DNA of 43,189 nt from assembly GCA_041815005.1 (NCBI GenBank), contig JBGXYD010000065.1, positions 1 through 43,189 of the forward strand. Reading direction: 5' to 3'. A model generated the notes under the pieces. It ran no database searches. It had not been told where the DNA came from and worked only from the letters and a program-made list of their open reading frames with translations. This DNA comes from Leptotrichia sp. (GTDB taxonomy: Bacteria; Fusobacteriota; Fusobacteriia; Fusobacteriales; Leptotrichiaceae). Both the position numbers and the translations under genes were made by a program. This document shows, piece after piece, positions 19,064-29,191 of the stretch (position 1 is its first letter; the number at the start of each line of letters is the position of its first letter).

Positions 19064-19283
19064 ATTTTATTCGGAATAATTCAAAAGCAAAGCTAAAATC
19101 ACTAAGTTGTAATTTTATAATAATACAATTTTTAATTTTGTTTGTACAGCTCCTACTTTGAATTTTCCTTCTCCCTTCTATTTTTTATATTTTATAATTT
19201 TTAAAAATCTATAATTCGAATAAATAAAGATTTTTCAGCTCCTTTTGTTTTCTCAAAAAATGTATTTTTTACTGCTTTAATTT

Positions 19284-20513
19284 TCAGTTTTTTTCAAATA
19301 TATTTTTATAAAAAAGAGCAATTTTAGATTCCCATGAATTTTTAGAAATCTCATTTAACAGTCCCCTATCTATTTCCCTTTTTTCCTTAGTATTTTCAAT
19401 CTGTTTTTCAATACCTTTTACTAAACGATTTACAAAATCAGGTTTTTCCTCCTCAACTGCCTTATCCGTATCATATATTGTAGGCATTTTGATATATTCT
19501 ATCACTCCAGAACTATTTATTTTATCTCCTAGCAATTCCCTTAGCCCTGCAATATCTGTAGTAACTGCCCTCAGTCCACTTCCAAGTGCCTCAACGGCTA
19601 TCAGACCTAAACCTTCAAAGTAAGAGGGTAATATAAATATATCCTTTGTCCTCATAATATTTGCCATTTCCTTTTGGGGTAAAAAGCCTAGAAGTTCAAT
19701 ATTTTTTAATCCTTCAATTGCATTTTCCACTCTTTTTATCTCATTTTTTTTCCCCGCACCTATAAGGGTCAATCGTACATTTTCTCTTTTTTCAGAAATT
19801 ATTTTAAAGGCTTCTATAAGTTCAAAAAATCCTTTTGATTCATCGTATTTTCCCACATAAAGAAGTTCTATATCGTTTTTTTCTTTTTTTTCATAAGATT
19901 CCATAGGATAAAATATCTTTTCATTATATCCTGCCCCAAGATAGATTATTTTATTCTCATCGCATCCATAGATTCTTATGATTTCCTCTTTTTGTGAATT
20001 GCTAAGAGAAAAAATAATATCCAGCTTTTCTATATTTCTAACATATTTTTCCTTCATTTTCTTATTTTTTTCAGATTGACGTAGATCGGTATTATGGCAT
20101 ATCCCTACAATTTTTTTACCCTTAAATATATCATATACTATGGATGTTAATATCCATAGATGATGGGATATTATAATATCAGGATTAAACTCTTCTTTTA
20201 TAAGATTAAGTTTTTCAGTAAAGGCTGTTTCCCAACTTTCCATCATTTCATCAGTCATTTCTGAATAAAGGGTGCTTTCATATGGCATCACATCACTCAT
20301 TCCAACTATAGGAAATGTAAGATTTTCATCTTTAAAAAACACTTTATAGTCTTTTTCCAACTTCATAATATCAATATTATAGTCATCTGTTGCAGCGTAT
20401 AGACACGCTTGCTCAACATCTTCGTATTTTTTCAAACCGTCGATTATATTTTCAAAATATACCCCGCTTCCCGTTTTTTGCGGTAATTGTGACAGAACAT
20501 GAAGTATTCTCAT
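19284..20513 (-). CDS. Glycosyltransferase family 4 protein
   Basis: TGSGVY N-terminus, YVGK..ESKG, PSYFEGLGLIAVEAL (EX7E) motif. Confidence 0.9.
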   Translation of the reverse strand: MRILHVLSQLPQKTGSGVYFENIIDGLKKYEDVEQACLYAATDDYNIDIMKLEKDYKVFFKDENLTFPIVGMSDVMPYESTLYSEMTDEMMESWETAFTEKLNLIKEEFNPDIIISHHLWILTSIVYDIFKGKKIVGICHNTDLRQSEKNKKMKEKYVRNIEKLDIIFSLSNSQKEEIIRIYGCDENKIIYLGAGYNEKIFYPMESYEKKEKNDIELLYVGKYDESKGFFELIEAFKIISEKRENVRLTLIGAGKKNEIKRVENAIEGLKNIELLGFLPQKEMANIMRTKDIFILPSYFEGLGLIAVEALGSGLRAVTTDIAGLRELLGDKINSSGVIEYIKMPTIYDTDKAVEEEKPDFVNRLVKGIEKQIENTKEKREIDRGLLNEISKNSWESKIALFYKNIFEKN

Positions 20514-20641
20514 ATATACTCTCCTTGTCTATTATATATTTTTATCCATTTGTAAAACTTCTAAAATTAATATGTCCCGAATTTTTCAGTTTTTACTTTT
20601 CTCGATTTTATAAATATTTTTTTATTTTTTTACCGACAGCA

Positions 20642-22252
20642 CTAAAACTTCACAAGAGCATCAGCATATTCCATCGCAAGTTCAGCACATCTTATTCCAT
20701 CTACGGCAGCGGACATGATTCCGCCGGCATATCCTGCCCCTTCCCCGCAAGGCATAAGCCCTTCAATATTTGAAAAATATCTTTCATCCCTAGGTATCTT
20801 CACAGGAGATGAACTTCTGCTTTCCACAGCAGACAATATTGCATCCCTGCTTCCAAATCCTTTTATTTTTCTGTCCATAAGGGCTATTCCCTCTTTTAAT
20901 GCCGTATTTATATATTCAGGAAATATTTCATTCAGATTGGCAAAACTATATCCCCTGAAATAGCTAGGTTTTACTTTTCCTAGGCTTCTGGATACCCTAT
21001 TCTCCACAAAATCTCCAAACAGCTGAACAGGTGCCTTGTAATCTCCACCACTCAGTTCATAAGCTTTTTCTTCCAGTCTTCTTTGAAATTCCACTCCTGC
21101 CATGACATCTTCTCCTTCAAAATCTTCAGGATACACATTTACAAGTATGGCAGAATTTGCATTTTCCAAATCCCTCTTAGAGTAGCTCATTCCATTTACC
21201 ACTACCCTACCTTCCTCACTTGCAGCAGGAACTACGACTCCCCCTGGACACATACAGAATGTATATACACCCCTTCCGTTAGATGCCTTTGCACTTAGCT
21301 TGTATTCTGCTGCCGGAAGCCTGTCTGCAAATTTGGCTCCATATTGGGAATGACTTATCATTTCCTGCCTATGCTCTATCCTCACCCCTACAGAGAATAT
21401 TTTCCTTTCCATATGGATATCTCTTTCATTTAACATATAAAAGGTATCCCTTGAACTATGCCCTATAGCCAGTATTACAATATCTGTCTCCAGTTCATAA
21501 GTCCTGTCTCCACCTTTCACGCTTACATCCTGTATGACTGCTCCTGTTATCTTATTGTTTTCATATTTTAGGGAAGTCAGCTTATTTTCAAATCTATATT
21601 CCCCACCCAGTCCTTCTATCTTCTTCCTTATATTTTTCATTATATCTATCAGTTTATCGGTACCTACATGAGGTTTTGACATGTAGGCTATCCTTTTTTC
21701 GGCTCCTGCCTTAATAAGTTCATCATAGACTTTCTGCATCCTGAAATTACTTGTATTTGTATTCAGCTTCCCATCAGAAAAAGTTCCTGCTCCCCCTTCT
21801 CCAAACTGTACATTGGAATACTTATTCAGTTTTCCCGTTTTAAAAAACATGTATACATCCTTTTCTCTTTCATCTACACTTTTACCCTGCTCAATTATTA
21901 TTGGTTTCAGTCCACCTTCAGCCAGTATAAGGGCAGCAAATATTCCGGCAGGTCCGCTCCCTATCACAAGAGGTCTTTTCCCTTTAAAATCTTTTACCCT
22001 GTTAATTTCATATGGCTTTTTTTCTATTTTTCTGACATTTTTCACATCTTTAAACATTTCCTCATTATCCAGTTCTACATCTACAGAATAGACATATACT
22101 ACATTTCCCTTGTTTCTTGCATCTATTGCCTGACCCGCTATCTCAAAGGATTTAAAATCCTCAATCTTTATATTCAATAGGTTTGCAGTAACCCCCTTTA
22201 AAGTATTTTCCGTATGTTTTACCGGCATCTTTATATTACTTATTCTTAGCAT
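20642..22252 (-). CDS. Uncharacterized FAD-dependent oxidoreductase
   Basis: IGSGPAG, GEGGAGTFSDGKL, FCMCPGG, GEGAGYAGGIMSAAVDG. Confidence 0.9.
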   Translation of the reverse strand: MLRISNIKMPVKHTENTLKGVTANLLNIKIEDFKSFEIAGQAIDARNKGNVVYVYSVDVELDNEEMFKDVKNVRKIEKKPYEINRVKDFKGKRPLVIGSGPAGIFAALILAEGGLKPIIIEQGKSVDEREKDVYMFFKTGKLNKYSNVQFGEGGAGTFSDGKLNTNTSNFRMQKVYDELIKAGAEKRIAYMSKPHVGTDKLIDIMKNIRKKIEGLGGEYRFENKLTSLKYENNKITGAVIQDVSVKGGDRTYELETDIVILAIGHSSRDTFYMLNERDIHMERKIFSVGVRIEHRQEMISHSQYGAKFADRLPAAEYKLSAKASNGRGVYTFCMCPGGVVVPAASEEGRVVVNGMSYSKRDLENANSAILVNVYPEDFEGEDVMAGVEFQRRLEEKAYELSGGDYKAPVQLFGDFVENRVSRSLGKVKPSYFRGYSFANLNEIFPEYINTALKEGIALMDRKIKGFGSRDAILSAVESRSSSPVKIPRDERYFSNIEGLMPCGEGAGYAGGIMSAAVDGIRCAELAMEYADALVKF

Positions 22253-22272
22253 AATTCCCTCTTTTTAAATTT

Positions 22273-23031
22273 TTATTTTTCTTCAATATTAAATATCTCC
22301 GTAGGATCTATTTTAAATTGAAGCATATTTGCAGTTTTTCTTCCATTATCCCCACCTTTTCTCTGAACAGTTATTCTACCAATTTTCAAAGAACCTCTCG
22401 GTGTAATTTTTACTTCTCCATTATCAAAATAATAATTTATAACAGAATTTATATTTTTTAAAGTCCATCTTACTTTTGAATCTATTTTTTGTACAACTAG
22501 AACCCATTCTGCACAAAATTCTCCTCTCCCTCTTAAAATATCTGTTATTATGAGAACTTTATTTTTATTAAACCAGTTTAGTAACTTTTCTTTTTCCATT
22601 TCATCAAATTCATCTAAAAACATTCTTTTATTATTTCTTGAAACTTTGTAAGGGAGAAGCTCGCCAGTAAAATACTGTAAAATTTTATAAACTTCTTTAT
22701 TGATATTCCAAAGCTCATTGTATTTTGCCAACCATCTTTTATCCACCTGATTAAACCCTTGTCTATTGCTTACTAACTTTATCTGAATATTTTCAACATC
22801 TATCTTCTTTTTTAATTTAATCTGTATCTGAACATTCAAGTCTGCTTTATAACCATTTAATATTACCGCTTTGACATACTCTATCTTTTTTATTTCATAT
22901 CCCATTAATTCCAGCCAGATTTTTGCTTCCGAATCCTGATTCCAGTTATTAAATTTGAAAGCTATTTCTTTTTCATTTTTAAAGCCATCTTTAGCTGTTT
23001 TAGAACCTAATTTAATCAAATAATTTCCCAT
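22273..23031 (-). CDS. Type II restriction endonuclease, HinP1I-like (probable GCGC)
   Basis: GSKTAKDGFKNE, KAD...NIQIKLVSN..GFNQVDKRW, QRKGGDNGR.TANMLQFKIDP match my recollection of R.HinP1I. Confidence 0.87.
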   Translation of the reverse strand: MGNYLIKLGSKTAKDGFKNEKEIAFKFNNWNQDSEAKIWLELMGYEIKKIEYVKAVILNGYKADLNVQIQIKLKKKIDVENIQIKLVSNRQGFNQVDKRWLAKYNELWNINKEVYKILQYFTGELLPYKVSRNNKRMFLDEFDEMEKEKLLNWFNKNKVLIITDILRGRGEFCAEWVLVVQKIDSKVRWTLKNINSVINYYFDNGEVKITPRGSLKIGRITVQRKGGDNGRKTANMLQFKIDPTEIFNIEEK

Positions 23032-24016
23032 TATATACCTTCTTCTTATTTTTTATAGATTTTAGAATATTTTCTCCTATCTTTTCAATAACATTCACTG
23101 TCATAGCATTCCCAGCCTGTGATAATACTTTATTATTCACAAAAAAGTTATCTTTCTTTACTATAGAAGCTATTTCTTTTGGAAATCCCTGTATAAGAAG
23201 AGCCTCATACCCATTTAAACGCTTTATTTTCCCATTTTTTATATATAGCAATCCATGCCTTCCTGTTCTCAATGTAGGAAAAAAACCTTCATATCTCCTT
23301 AAATCAGACTGTCTGTAATCAATGACACTGTTTTCCCATTTTAATATATCCTCTATCCTATAATTTTCTTCAATATTGTATTTATTGCTAAGATATCTTT
23401 TAAATGTTTCGTTATCTTTTTTTAGTTCCAGTTCATTTTCTGCATCTATGTAATCTTCAAAATTATATATAAATTTTTCTTCTTTAGGAAATTCAAAACT
23501 ATAATTATCAATTTCTTTCTTGAATCCTATCAGATATATTCTTTCCCGCATTTGTGGTACACCAAAATCTATACTGTTAAGTACTTTCACATATACATTA
23601 TAACCTGCATCTTCTATTTCTTTTTTTATTGTCCTTAAAGTATTTCCTTTGTCATGATTAACTAATCCCTTTACATTTTCCAATATAAAATATTTTATAT
23701 TTTTCTTTTTCATGATTTCTATCAGAAAATAGATTATCTGTCCCCTGCTGTCCTTAAACCCTTCCCTCTTTCCGACAATGGAAAAACTTTGACAAGGAAA
23801 TCCAGCTATCATCATGTCAAAATCCGGCATACTTTCAATTTTTATTTTTGTCAAATCCCCAAAATTTCTTTCATCATTAAAAAATCTTTTATATGTTTCT
23901 GCGGTATTCGGATCAATTTCACTATGTCCCACACATTGAAAGCCATTTCTTTCTAAACCTATTCTTCCTCCACCTATTCCTGAACAGAAATCAAAAAATT
24001 TTATAGATTTTTCCAT
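23012..24016 (-). CDS. DNA (cytosine-5)-methyltransferase, cognate of the adjacent endonuclease
   Basis: FCSGIGG, GFPCQ, ENVKGL, PQMRER, QGFP, GNAM motifs; overlaps the endonuclease start. Confidence 0.95.
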   Translation of the reverse strand: MEKSIKFFDFCSGIGGGRIGLERNGFQCVGHSEIDPNTAETYKRFFNDERNFGDLTKIKIESMPDFDMMIAGFPCQSFSIVGKREGFKDSRGQIIYFLIEIMKKKNIKYFILENVKGLVNHDKGNTLRTIKKEIEDAGYNVYVKVLNSIDFGVPQMRERIYLIGFKKEIDNYSFEFPKEEKFIYNFEDYIDAENELELKKDNETFKRYLSNKYNIEENYRIEDILKWENSVIDYRQSDLRRYEGFFPTLRTGRHGLLYIKNGKIKRLNGYEALLIQGFPKEIASIVKKDNFFVNNKVLSQAGNAMTVNVIEKIGENILKSIKNKKKVYNGKLFD

Positions 24017-24133
24017 TATAAACCTTCCTTTTAACTATAATTTTAGTTAAGCACCTAAATACAACATTTACTAACACTCAATCTTCAATTGCTCCAATTT
24101 TTAATACATAAACCAATGTATAAGACTGGGAGT

Positions 24134-25357
24134 TTATTCACAGATTGCCTGTCCTGCACGTATTCCTGAAGCCCATGCCCACTGAAGATTGTAGCCTCCA
24201 CATTCACCATATACATCCAATATTTCTCCTGCAAAGTACAGCCCTTTTACTTTTTTAGACTCCAACGTTTCCAGATTCACTTCATCCAGTGCTACTCCAC
24301 CAGCTGTAACTTGTGCATTCTTAAAGCCATTTGTGTCAACTATTTCTATCCTGTACTCTTTCAGCAGCTGACAAATCTTCCTGATTTCCTTTTCACTTAA
24401 ATCTTCAATCTTCTTTGATAGTTTTTCAATACCCGAGACTTTACATAAAAACTGTCCCAACTTTTTATTTATCATTCCGTTAAAGTAGTTTTCCATCGTT
24501 AAATGTGATAATATTTTTTTCCGTTTTTTCAACATTTCAAAAAGCTCATCATATTCAAATTTAGGCATAAAGTCTATTTCAAGCTCAACTTTTTCATACA
24601 GTGGAACAACAAACGAAATATTAAAGATGACATTGCCCGAAACTCCATAATCTGTAAACAGAAGTTCTCCGTCATATGTACATACTTTTTCCCCATTGCC
24701 GAAAGCCGTTACGTCTGTATCAAGTTTTATTCCCTGCAGTCCTTTTACTTTTGATTTTTCGGTTTTCAGCTGAACGATTGACGGCACTAATTTCGTTACT
24801 TTATGACCTAGTTCTTTTGCCAGCTCAAATCCGCTTCCATTTGACCCTAACTCCGGATAGGATTTCCCTCCTGCTGCAAGTAAAACTTTATTTCCTATTA
24901 CTTTTCTTTTATCTTCAGAATGAATTATAAATTGAAATCTGTCTTTTTCAATTTTTTTTACATAGAAATCCGTCAAAAATTTTACTCCAAGTTTTTCTGC
25001 CTCAAATCTTAAAGCATCAACTACAGAAGCCGCTTGTCCACTTAGAGGATACACTTTTCCTCTGGCTTCTTCATTACAAACTACTCCCAGTTCTTCAAAA
25101 AAATCCATTGTCTTCTCTGGATTAAAGTCTTTCAGTATTCCTCTTACTCCTTTTATTCCCTTACCTATGGAAAAATAGTTGGGTATATCTGCTCCCACAT
25201 TTGTAATATTGCAACGTCCATTTCCTGTTACAAGAAGCTTTTTCAATACTCTGTCCTTTCTCTCCAGCACAAGGACTTTCCTTCCTCTTCTGCTTATTTG
25301 AATAGCAGCCATAATACCTGCCGCTCCTCCTCCTATTATCACTATTTCAGGTTTCAT
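24134..25357 (-). CDS. HI0933/BaiN-family flavoprotein
   Basis: GGGAAG, TGNGRCN.TN, GGKSYP.LGS.G, VTAGGV, GGYNLQWAWASG. Confidence 0.93.
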   Translation of the reverse strand: MKPEIVIIGGGAAGIMAAIQISRRGRKVLVLERKDRVLKKLLVTGNGRCNITNVGADIPNYFSIGKGIKGVRGILKDFNPEKTMDFFEELGVVCNEEARGKVYPLSGQAASVVDALRFEAEKLGVKFLTDFYVKKIEKDRFQFIIHSEDKRKVIGNKVLLAAGGKSYPELGSNGSGFELAKELGHKVTKLVPSIVQLKTEKSKVKGLQGIKLDTDVTAFGNGEKVCTYDGELLFTDYGVSGNVIFNISFVVPLYEKVELEIDFMPKFEYDELFEMLKKRKKILSHLTMENYFNGMINKKLGQFLCKVSGIEKLSKKIEDLSEKEIRKICQLLKEYRIEIVDTNGFKNAQVTAGGVALDEVNLETLESKKVKGLYFAGEILDVYGECGGYNLQWAWASGIRAGQAICE

Positions 25358-25533
25358 TTTTCCCCTCTATATCCTTTTCTATATTTTTTATTTTTATAAG
25401 GATATTTTATCATATTATCCCCTTTGTTTATAGTTTTTTTCATAAAATATGTTATAATATATTAGATATCATTACTCATAAATATTATTAATTATAGCAG
25501 ATAGTCTTATTTAATAGAAATTGGAGGTATGTT

Positions 25534-26160
25534 ATGAAAAATCCATATTCAAAAAAGGGAAAAAGCTTATTGTTTACATGTCAAAATATTAAGTCCTTAG
25601 AAGTGCTGGAAAAAGAAGGAAGATTCTTTAACAAAAAGGAATACATTGAAAAACACCTTGAGGATATCACTCCTATGATTATAAGATCCTATGACTGGTT
25701 TGTTGAGGCTGCACAGAAACGAATAAAAAAGCCTGATGATGTAAACTACCAAGTATGGTGTGCCGTGAGTGCCGATGCATGTATGAGACCTACTGAAAAT
25801 GAAGTTGTCTACATTCTTGAAGTTCCCAATGAAGAGATAATATATTTTAGTGGAGCCAAATGGGATTATGTCATAAATATGCACTATGTTCCTACAGATG
25901 ACGAGGATTATGACAGGTATATTAAAGACATTGAAAGTAAAGGTTTTGCAAATTCCTATGAATTCATCATTGGAAGATATGCAGGAAAATATCTTCAGGA
26001 GGAAAAGCGTATAAGAGACAGTTGGATACGTGTGTTCGACATAGACAGATGGAACGTTAGAGAAGTACAGGCAAATCTATGGGAAATAAAAAAAGAGTGG
26101 GTAAAACACATTGTAAGGCATGGGGAAAAAATTCCAAAGGAATATTATTTTAATGACTAG
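25534..26160 (+). CDS. Conserved hypothetical protein, DUF3841-like
   Basis: YDWFV, WDYVIN.HY, SW..VF, QANLWEIKKEWV pattern; SD GGAGG. Confidence 0.8.
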   Translation: MKNPYSKKGKSLLFTCQNIKSLEVLEKEGRFFNKKEYIEKHLEDITPMIIRSYDWFVEAAQKRIKKPDDVNYQVWCAVSADACMRPTENEVVYILEVPNEEIIYFSGAKWDYVINMHYVPTDDEDYDRYIKDIESKGFANSYEFIIGRYAGKYLQEEKRIRDSWIRVFDIDRWNVREVQANLWEIKKEWVKHIVRHGEKIPKEYYFND

Positions 26161-26312
26161 CTTTAAAAATACTGGGCAATTATTTCTCCAAATACTGAAA
26201 TTATTTATTATGAATCTGATAGTATAGCACATATAAGAACTTTAAAAAACTTTTAGTTTTAGCTGACACACTATGAAGTGCCATTTTTTAGATCGCCTTT
26301 TTTAATACAATT

Positions 26313-27101
26313 TCATTTAAACATTCCCTTTACAACCTTAAATACAAGCTCCGGAAGATTTATCAGTATAGGCGGGTCCTCAGGAAATGCTTCCCTTAAA
26401 TTTATTGTAAATTCCTTCTTTCCTTGTATCGGAACATCTATACTGCTGTCTATTTTTGCCCTTAGACAGTCCTTCAGGTCAAAATATTTTAAAAGCCCAC
26501 TTCCTTTTTCTATAGAGCATGCTAGTAGCCAGTATTTTCCATCAGGAATATTGTTAAGCTCACATATATTCCCTGTCTTTTCAGGATTGACTACTTTACC
26601 TACAACTGGAGGATGATTAGGTACAGGAATCTTAAACAGCCCTACAAAAGTAACCTCACTTCTATATTCTGGAGGATATATAAGATTTACTGTCAGAGAG
26701 TTGTAATTTTCTGTATACTCACATTCGTAATAGGATTCTTTCAGAAGTTTCTCATTTTCCCTGTATTTAATCACCGTATTATATAGTTTTTCCATTTTTT
26801 TCCTGTACTCCTTTGGAGAAAGTCCTGTATTCTTCTTAAAAATATTTGTAAAAGAACCTGAACTTTCATATCCTGAATCAAGCTGAGTCAGAATAATACT
26901 GCTCTGCCCTGACAGGAGATTTTCTATCGCCTTCTCCATTTTAAGAAGGGATATAAATTCCTTTGCAGAAAATCCTGTCTCCCTTTTAAATTTCCTGCTG
27001 AAATAGAATCTGGTATATCCGAATCTTGCCGCAATCTCTTCAATCCTATAATTCTTATCCAGGTTTTCCCTCATATACATTGTAACATTCTTTATATCCA
27101 T
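26313..27101 (-). CDS. AraC family transcriptional regulator with N-terminal HTH
   Basis: YFSRKFKRETG, GYESSGSFTNIFKKNTGLSPKEYR. Confidence 0.9.
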   Translation of the reverse strand: MDIKNVTMYMRENLDKNYRIEEIAARFGYTRFYFSRKFKRETGFSAKEFISLLKMEKAIENLLSGQSSIILTQLDSGYESSGSFTNIFKKNTGLSPKEYRKKMEKLYNTVIKYRENEKLLKESYYECEYTENYNSLTVNLIYPPEYRSEVTFVGLFKIPVPNHPPVVGKVVNPEKTGNICELNNIPDGKYWLLACSIEKGSGLLKYFDLKDCLRAKIDSSIDVPIQGKKEFTINLREAFPEDPPILINLPELVFKVVKGMFK

Positions 27102-27290
27102 AATCTTTTATCCTTTTAATTGATTTCAATCTAGATATATTATACCACATATCCCTTTATTTACCCATAAGATAGTTATTCTATCAGGTTTACAGCCTAT
27201 AATAGAAAAAGTGCAATTCATGATAAGAACTTGTATGAGTTCTGATGTATAATAGGATATAAGTAGAACAAAAAGAAAGGAGATAGTTAA

Positions 27291-27725
27291 ATGAATAAAG
27301 TCATACATGTTAATAGAACTCTAAAATGTCCTGTGGAAGAAGCCTTCTCATATTTTTCAGATAATGATAAAGTTAAATGGATGACCTGCCTTGATGCTGA
27401 TATTGATGATTTTGTCGGTGGAAAATACGAGCTTTTCTGGAATTTAGAAAACAGGGATAAAGACTCTACAGCAGGATGTAAAATTTTAGCATACATCCCT
27501 TATGAATTTATAGCCTTTGAATGGAAAGGTCCCAGTATTTTTCCTGTAATGAATAATTCTGTCCCTTTAACAGTCTGTTCAGTTTCTTTTATACCAAAAG
27601 GAAATAATACTGATATTCACCTGTTTAGCAGCGGATGGGGAGATTCTACGGAATGGGATAAGGCAAGGGAATATTTTTATAATGTATGGAATAAGCTTTT
27701 TGATGCTTGGGAAATGACAGAATAG
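27291..27725 (+). CDS. SRPBCC/AHSA1 domain protein
   Basis: CPVEEAFSYF, GGKYELFW, IAFEW, C-terminal helix; SD AAGGAG. Confidence 0.85.
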   Translation: MNKVIHVNRTLKCPVEEAFSYFSDNDKVKWMTCLDADIDDFVGGKYELFWNLENRDKDSTAGCKILAYIPYEFIAFEWKGPSIFPVMNNSVPLTVCSVSFIPKGNNTDIHLFSSGWGDSTEWDKAREYFYNVWNKLFDAWEMTE

Positions 27726-27771
27726 AAACATAGAATTTAAGAAAATCAAATGAATTTGAGGTGTATAAATT

Positions 27772-28113
27772 ATGAAAGTGAAAAATATAATTGCAGGATT
27801 GCCTGTAAAAAACCTGGCAAAATCTGCAGAATGGTATAAGGATGTATTCAGCCCCAAAGAAGAACTTGTACCTTCTGATGGAGTGATAGAATATAAAATT
27901 GGAGATATGTGGATTATGCTCTTTGAAGGAAAGGTAGTTGACTGTGATAACTGTGTAAATTTTGAAGTGGAAAATCTGGAAAAAGAATATAAAAGATTAC
28001 AGGACACAGGCATAATAAAGAATGAAGCGATAGAAGAAGTTCCTGGTGTAGTCAGGTATTTCAGCTTTAAGGATCCCGATGGAAATAACCTGTGCCTTGT
28101 GGAAGTTTACTGA
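27772..28113 (+). CDS. VOC/glyoxalase family protein
   Basis: LPVKNLAKSAEWY, NFEVENL, FKDPDGN. Confidence 0.88.
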   Translation: MKVKNIIAGLPVKNLAKSAEWYKDVFSPKEELVPSDGVIEYKIGDMWIMLFEGKVVDCDNCVNFEVENLEKEYKRLQDTGIIKNEAIEEVPGVVRYFSFKDPDGNNLCLVEVY

Positions 28114-28142
28114 TTGTTATTGTCTGTATACAATAATATAAC

Positions 28143-28184
28143 AAAAGGCTATCTCAAAAAGAATATTTTTGAACTTAGCCTTTT
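28143..28184. terminator. Bidirectional terminator-like inverted repeat between convergent genes
   Basis: AAAAGGCTATCTCAAAAA...TTTTTGAACTTAGCCTTTT. Confidence 0.65.
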
Positions 28185-28189
28185 CTTAT

Positions 28190-28477
28190 TTACTTGACAA
28201 ATATTTTGAATCCAGGTGCATATTTTGGTACATCAAATTCAATTATTTTATAGTCTGCTATTTTTTCAATGAAAAAAGGATCTTCTTCTATTATGGTATA
28301 GACTTCCTCTTTGTTTTGTGCATTTAAAAGAATTATTCCTCCATCTCGTGGTTTTTTTCTTCCAGAACAAATAAAGTTTCCCTTTTCGTAATATTTATCC
28401 AAAAAATCTCTATGGCTTTCTAAATATTTTTCCACTTCAGATAAATCTTTTTTATAAATTAGTTCCACTATAAACAT
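28190..28477 (-). CDS. YciI family protein
   Basis: HRDFL, SGRK.PRDGGII, EDPF. Confidence 0.88.
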   Translation of the reverse strand: MFIVELIYKKDLSEVEKYLESHRDFLDKYYEKGNFICSGRKKPRDGGIILLNAQNKEEVYTIIEEDPFFIEKIADYKIIEFDVPKYAPGFKIFVK

Positions 28478-28488
28478 TATTTTCTCCT

Positions 28489-29034
28489 TTATCTTTGATA
28501 TTTTTTTATATATTCCAAATAATTTTCAGCACTTTTCTCAAGCATATTTTCTGTTAACCTAGGGATAACATGTGGTGAATTACCATATGTATAGAAAAAT
28601 GGTAAATCTTTAGCCCCAACATATTTTATTATTGTCCTAAATGGAACTAAAATTTCTTCTATTGAAAAATAATTTTCACCCGTATGAGAGTAATATTCCT
28701 CCTTTCCCCCGACTGTTACAGCTAAACCAATTTTCTTCCCATTCAATTTATTTCCCTCTGAACCGTATGCCCATCCATAAGTAAAAACTTCATCAAAATA
28801 TTTTTTTAAAAATGATGGTGAACTAAACCAGTATAAGGGAAACTGAAATATTATGTGACCATATTTTTCTAAAATTTTTTGTTCCTTTTCAATATTAATT
28901 TTTTCATCCGGATATTCTTTATATAATTCATGAACTGTTATTTCTTCCTGATTTTCTAAAAGTTTTTCCTTCCATTTTTTATTGGTTACCGAATTTTTTA
29001 TATCAGGATGTACCAAAATTACTAATGTTTTCAT
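28489..29034 (-). CDS. NAD(P)H-dependent oxidoreductase (KefF/YwrO-like flavodoxin fold)
   Basis: VHP, EQ..L, FQFPLYWFSSP, GWAYG..G.KL.GK. Confidence 0.9.
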   Translation of the reverse strand: MKTLVILVHPDIKNSVTNKKWKEKLLENQEEITVHELYKEYPDEKINIEKEQKILEKYGHIIFQFPLYWFSSPSFLKKYFDEVFTYGWAYGSEGNKLNGKKIGLAVTVGGKEEYYSHTGENYFSIEEILVPFRTIIKYVGAKDLPFFYTYGNSPHVIPRLTENMLEKSAENYLEYIKKYQR

Positions 29035-29119
29035 GTATAATACCTCTTTTTTTTTAAGATTTTCTCAATTATATTATATAATATTAATTTTGTAAATACA
29101 CACAATTTGGTTACAAAAT

Positions 29120-29137
29120 GGTTACTTTTTGGTAACC
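29120..29137. promoter_or_regulatory. Candidate HxlR-family operator
   Basis: GGTTAC-N6-GTAACC perfect inverted repeat, plus an extra GGTTAC half-site at 29109, between the divergent oxidoreductase and regulator. Confidence 0.6.
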
Positions 29138-29191
29138 TCTTTACTTAAAGTGCTATTTGTGAGAAAATAATACATATTTTATTGAATAGAG

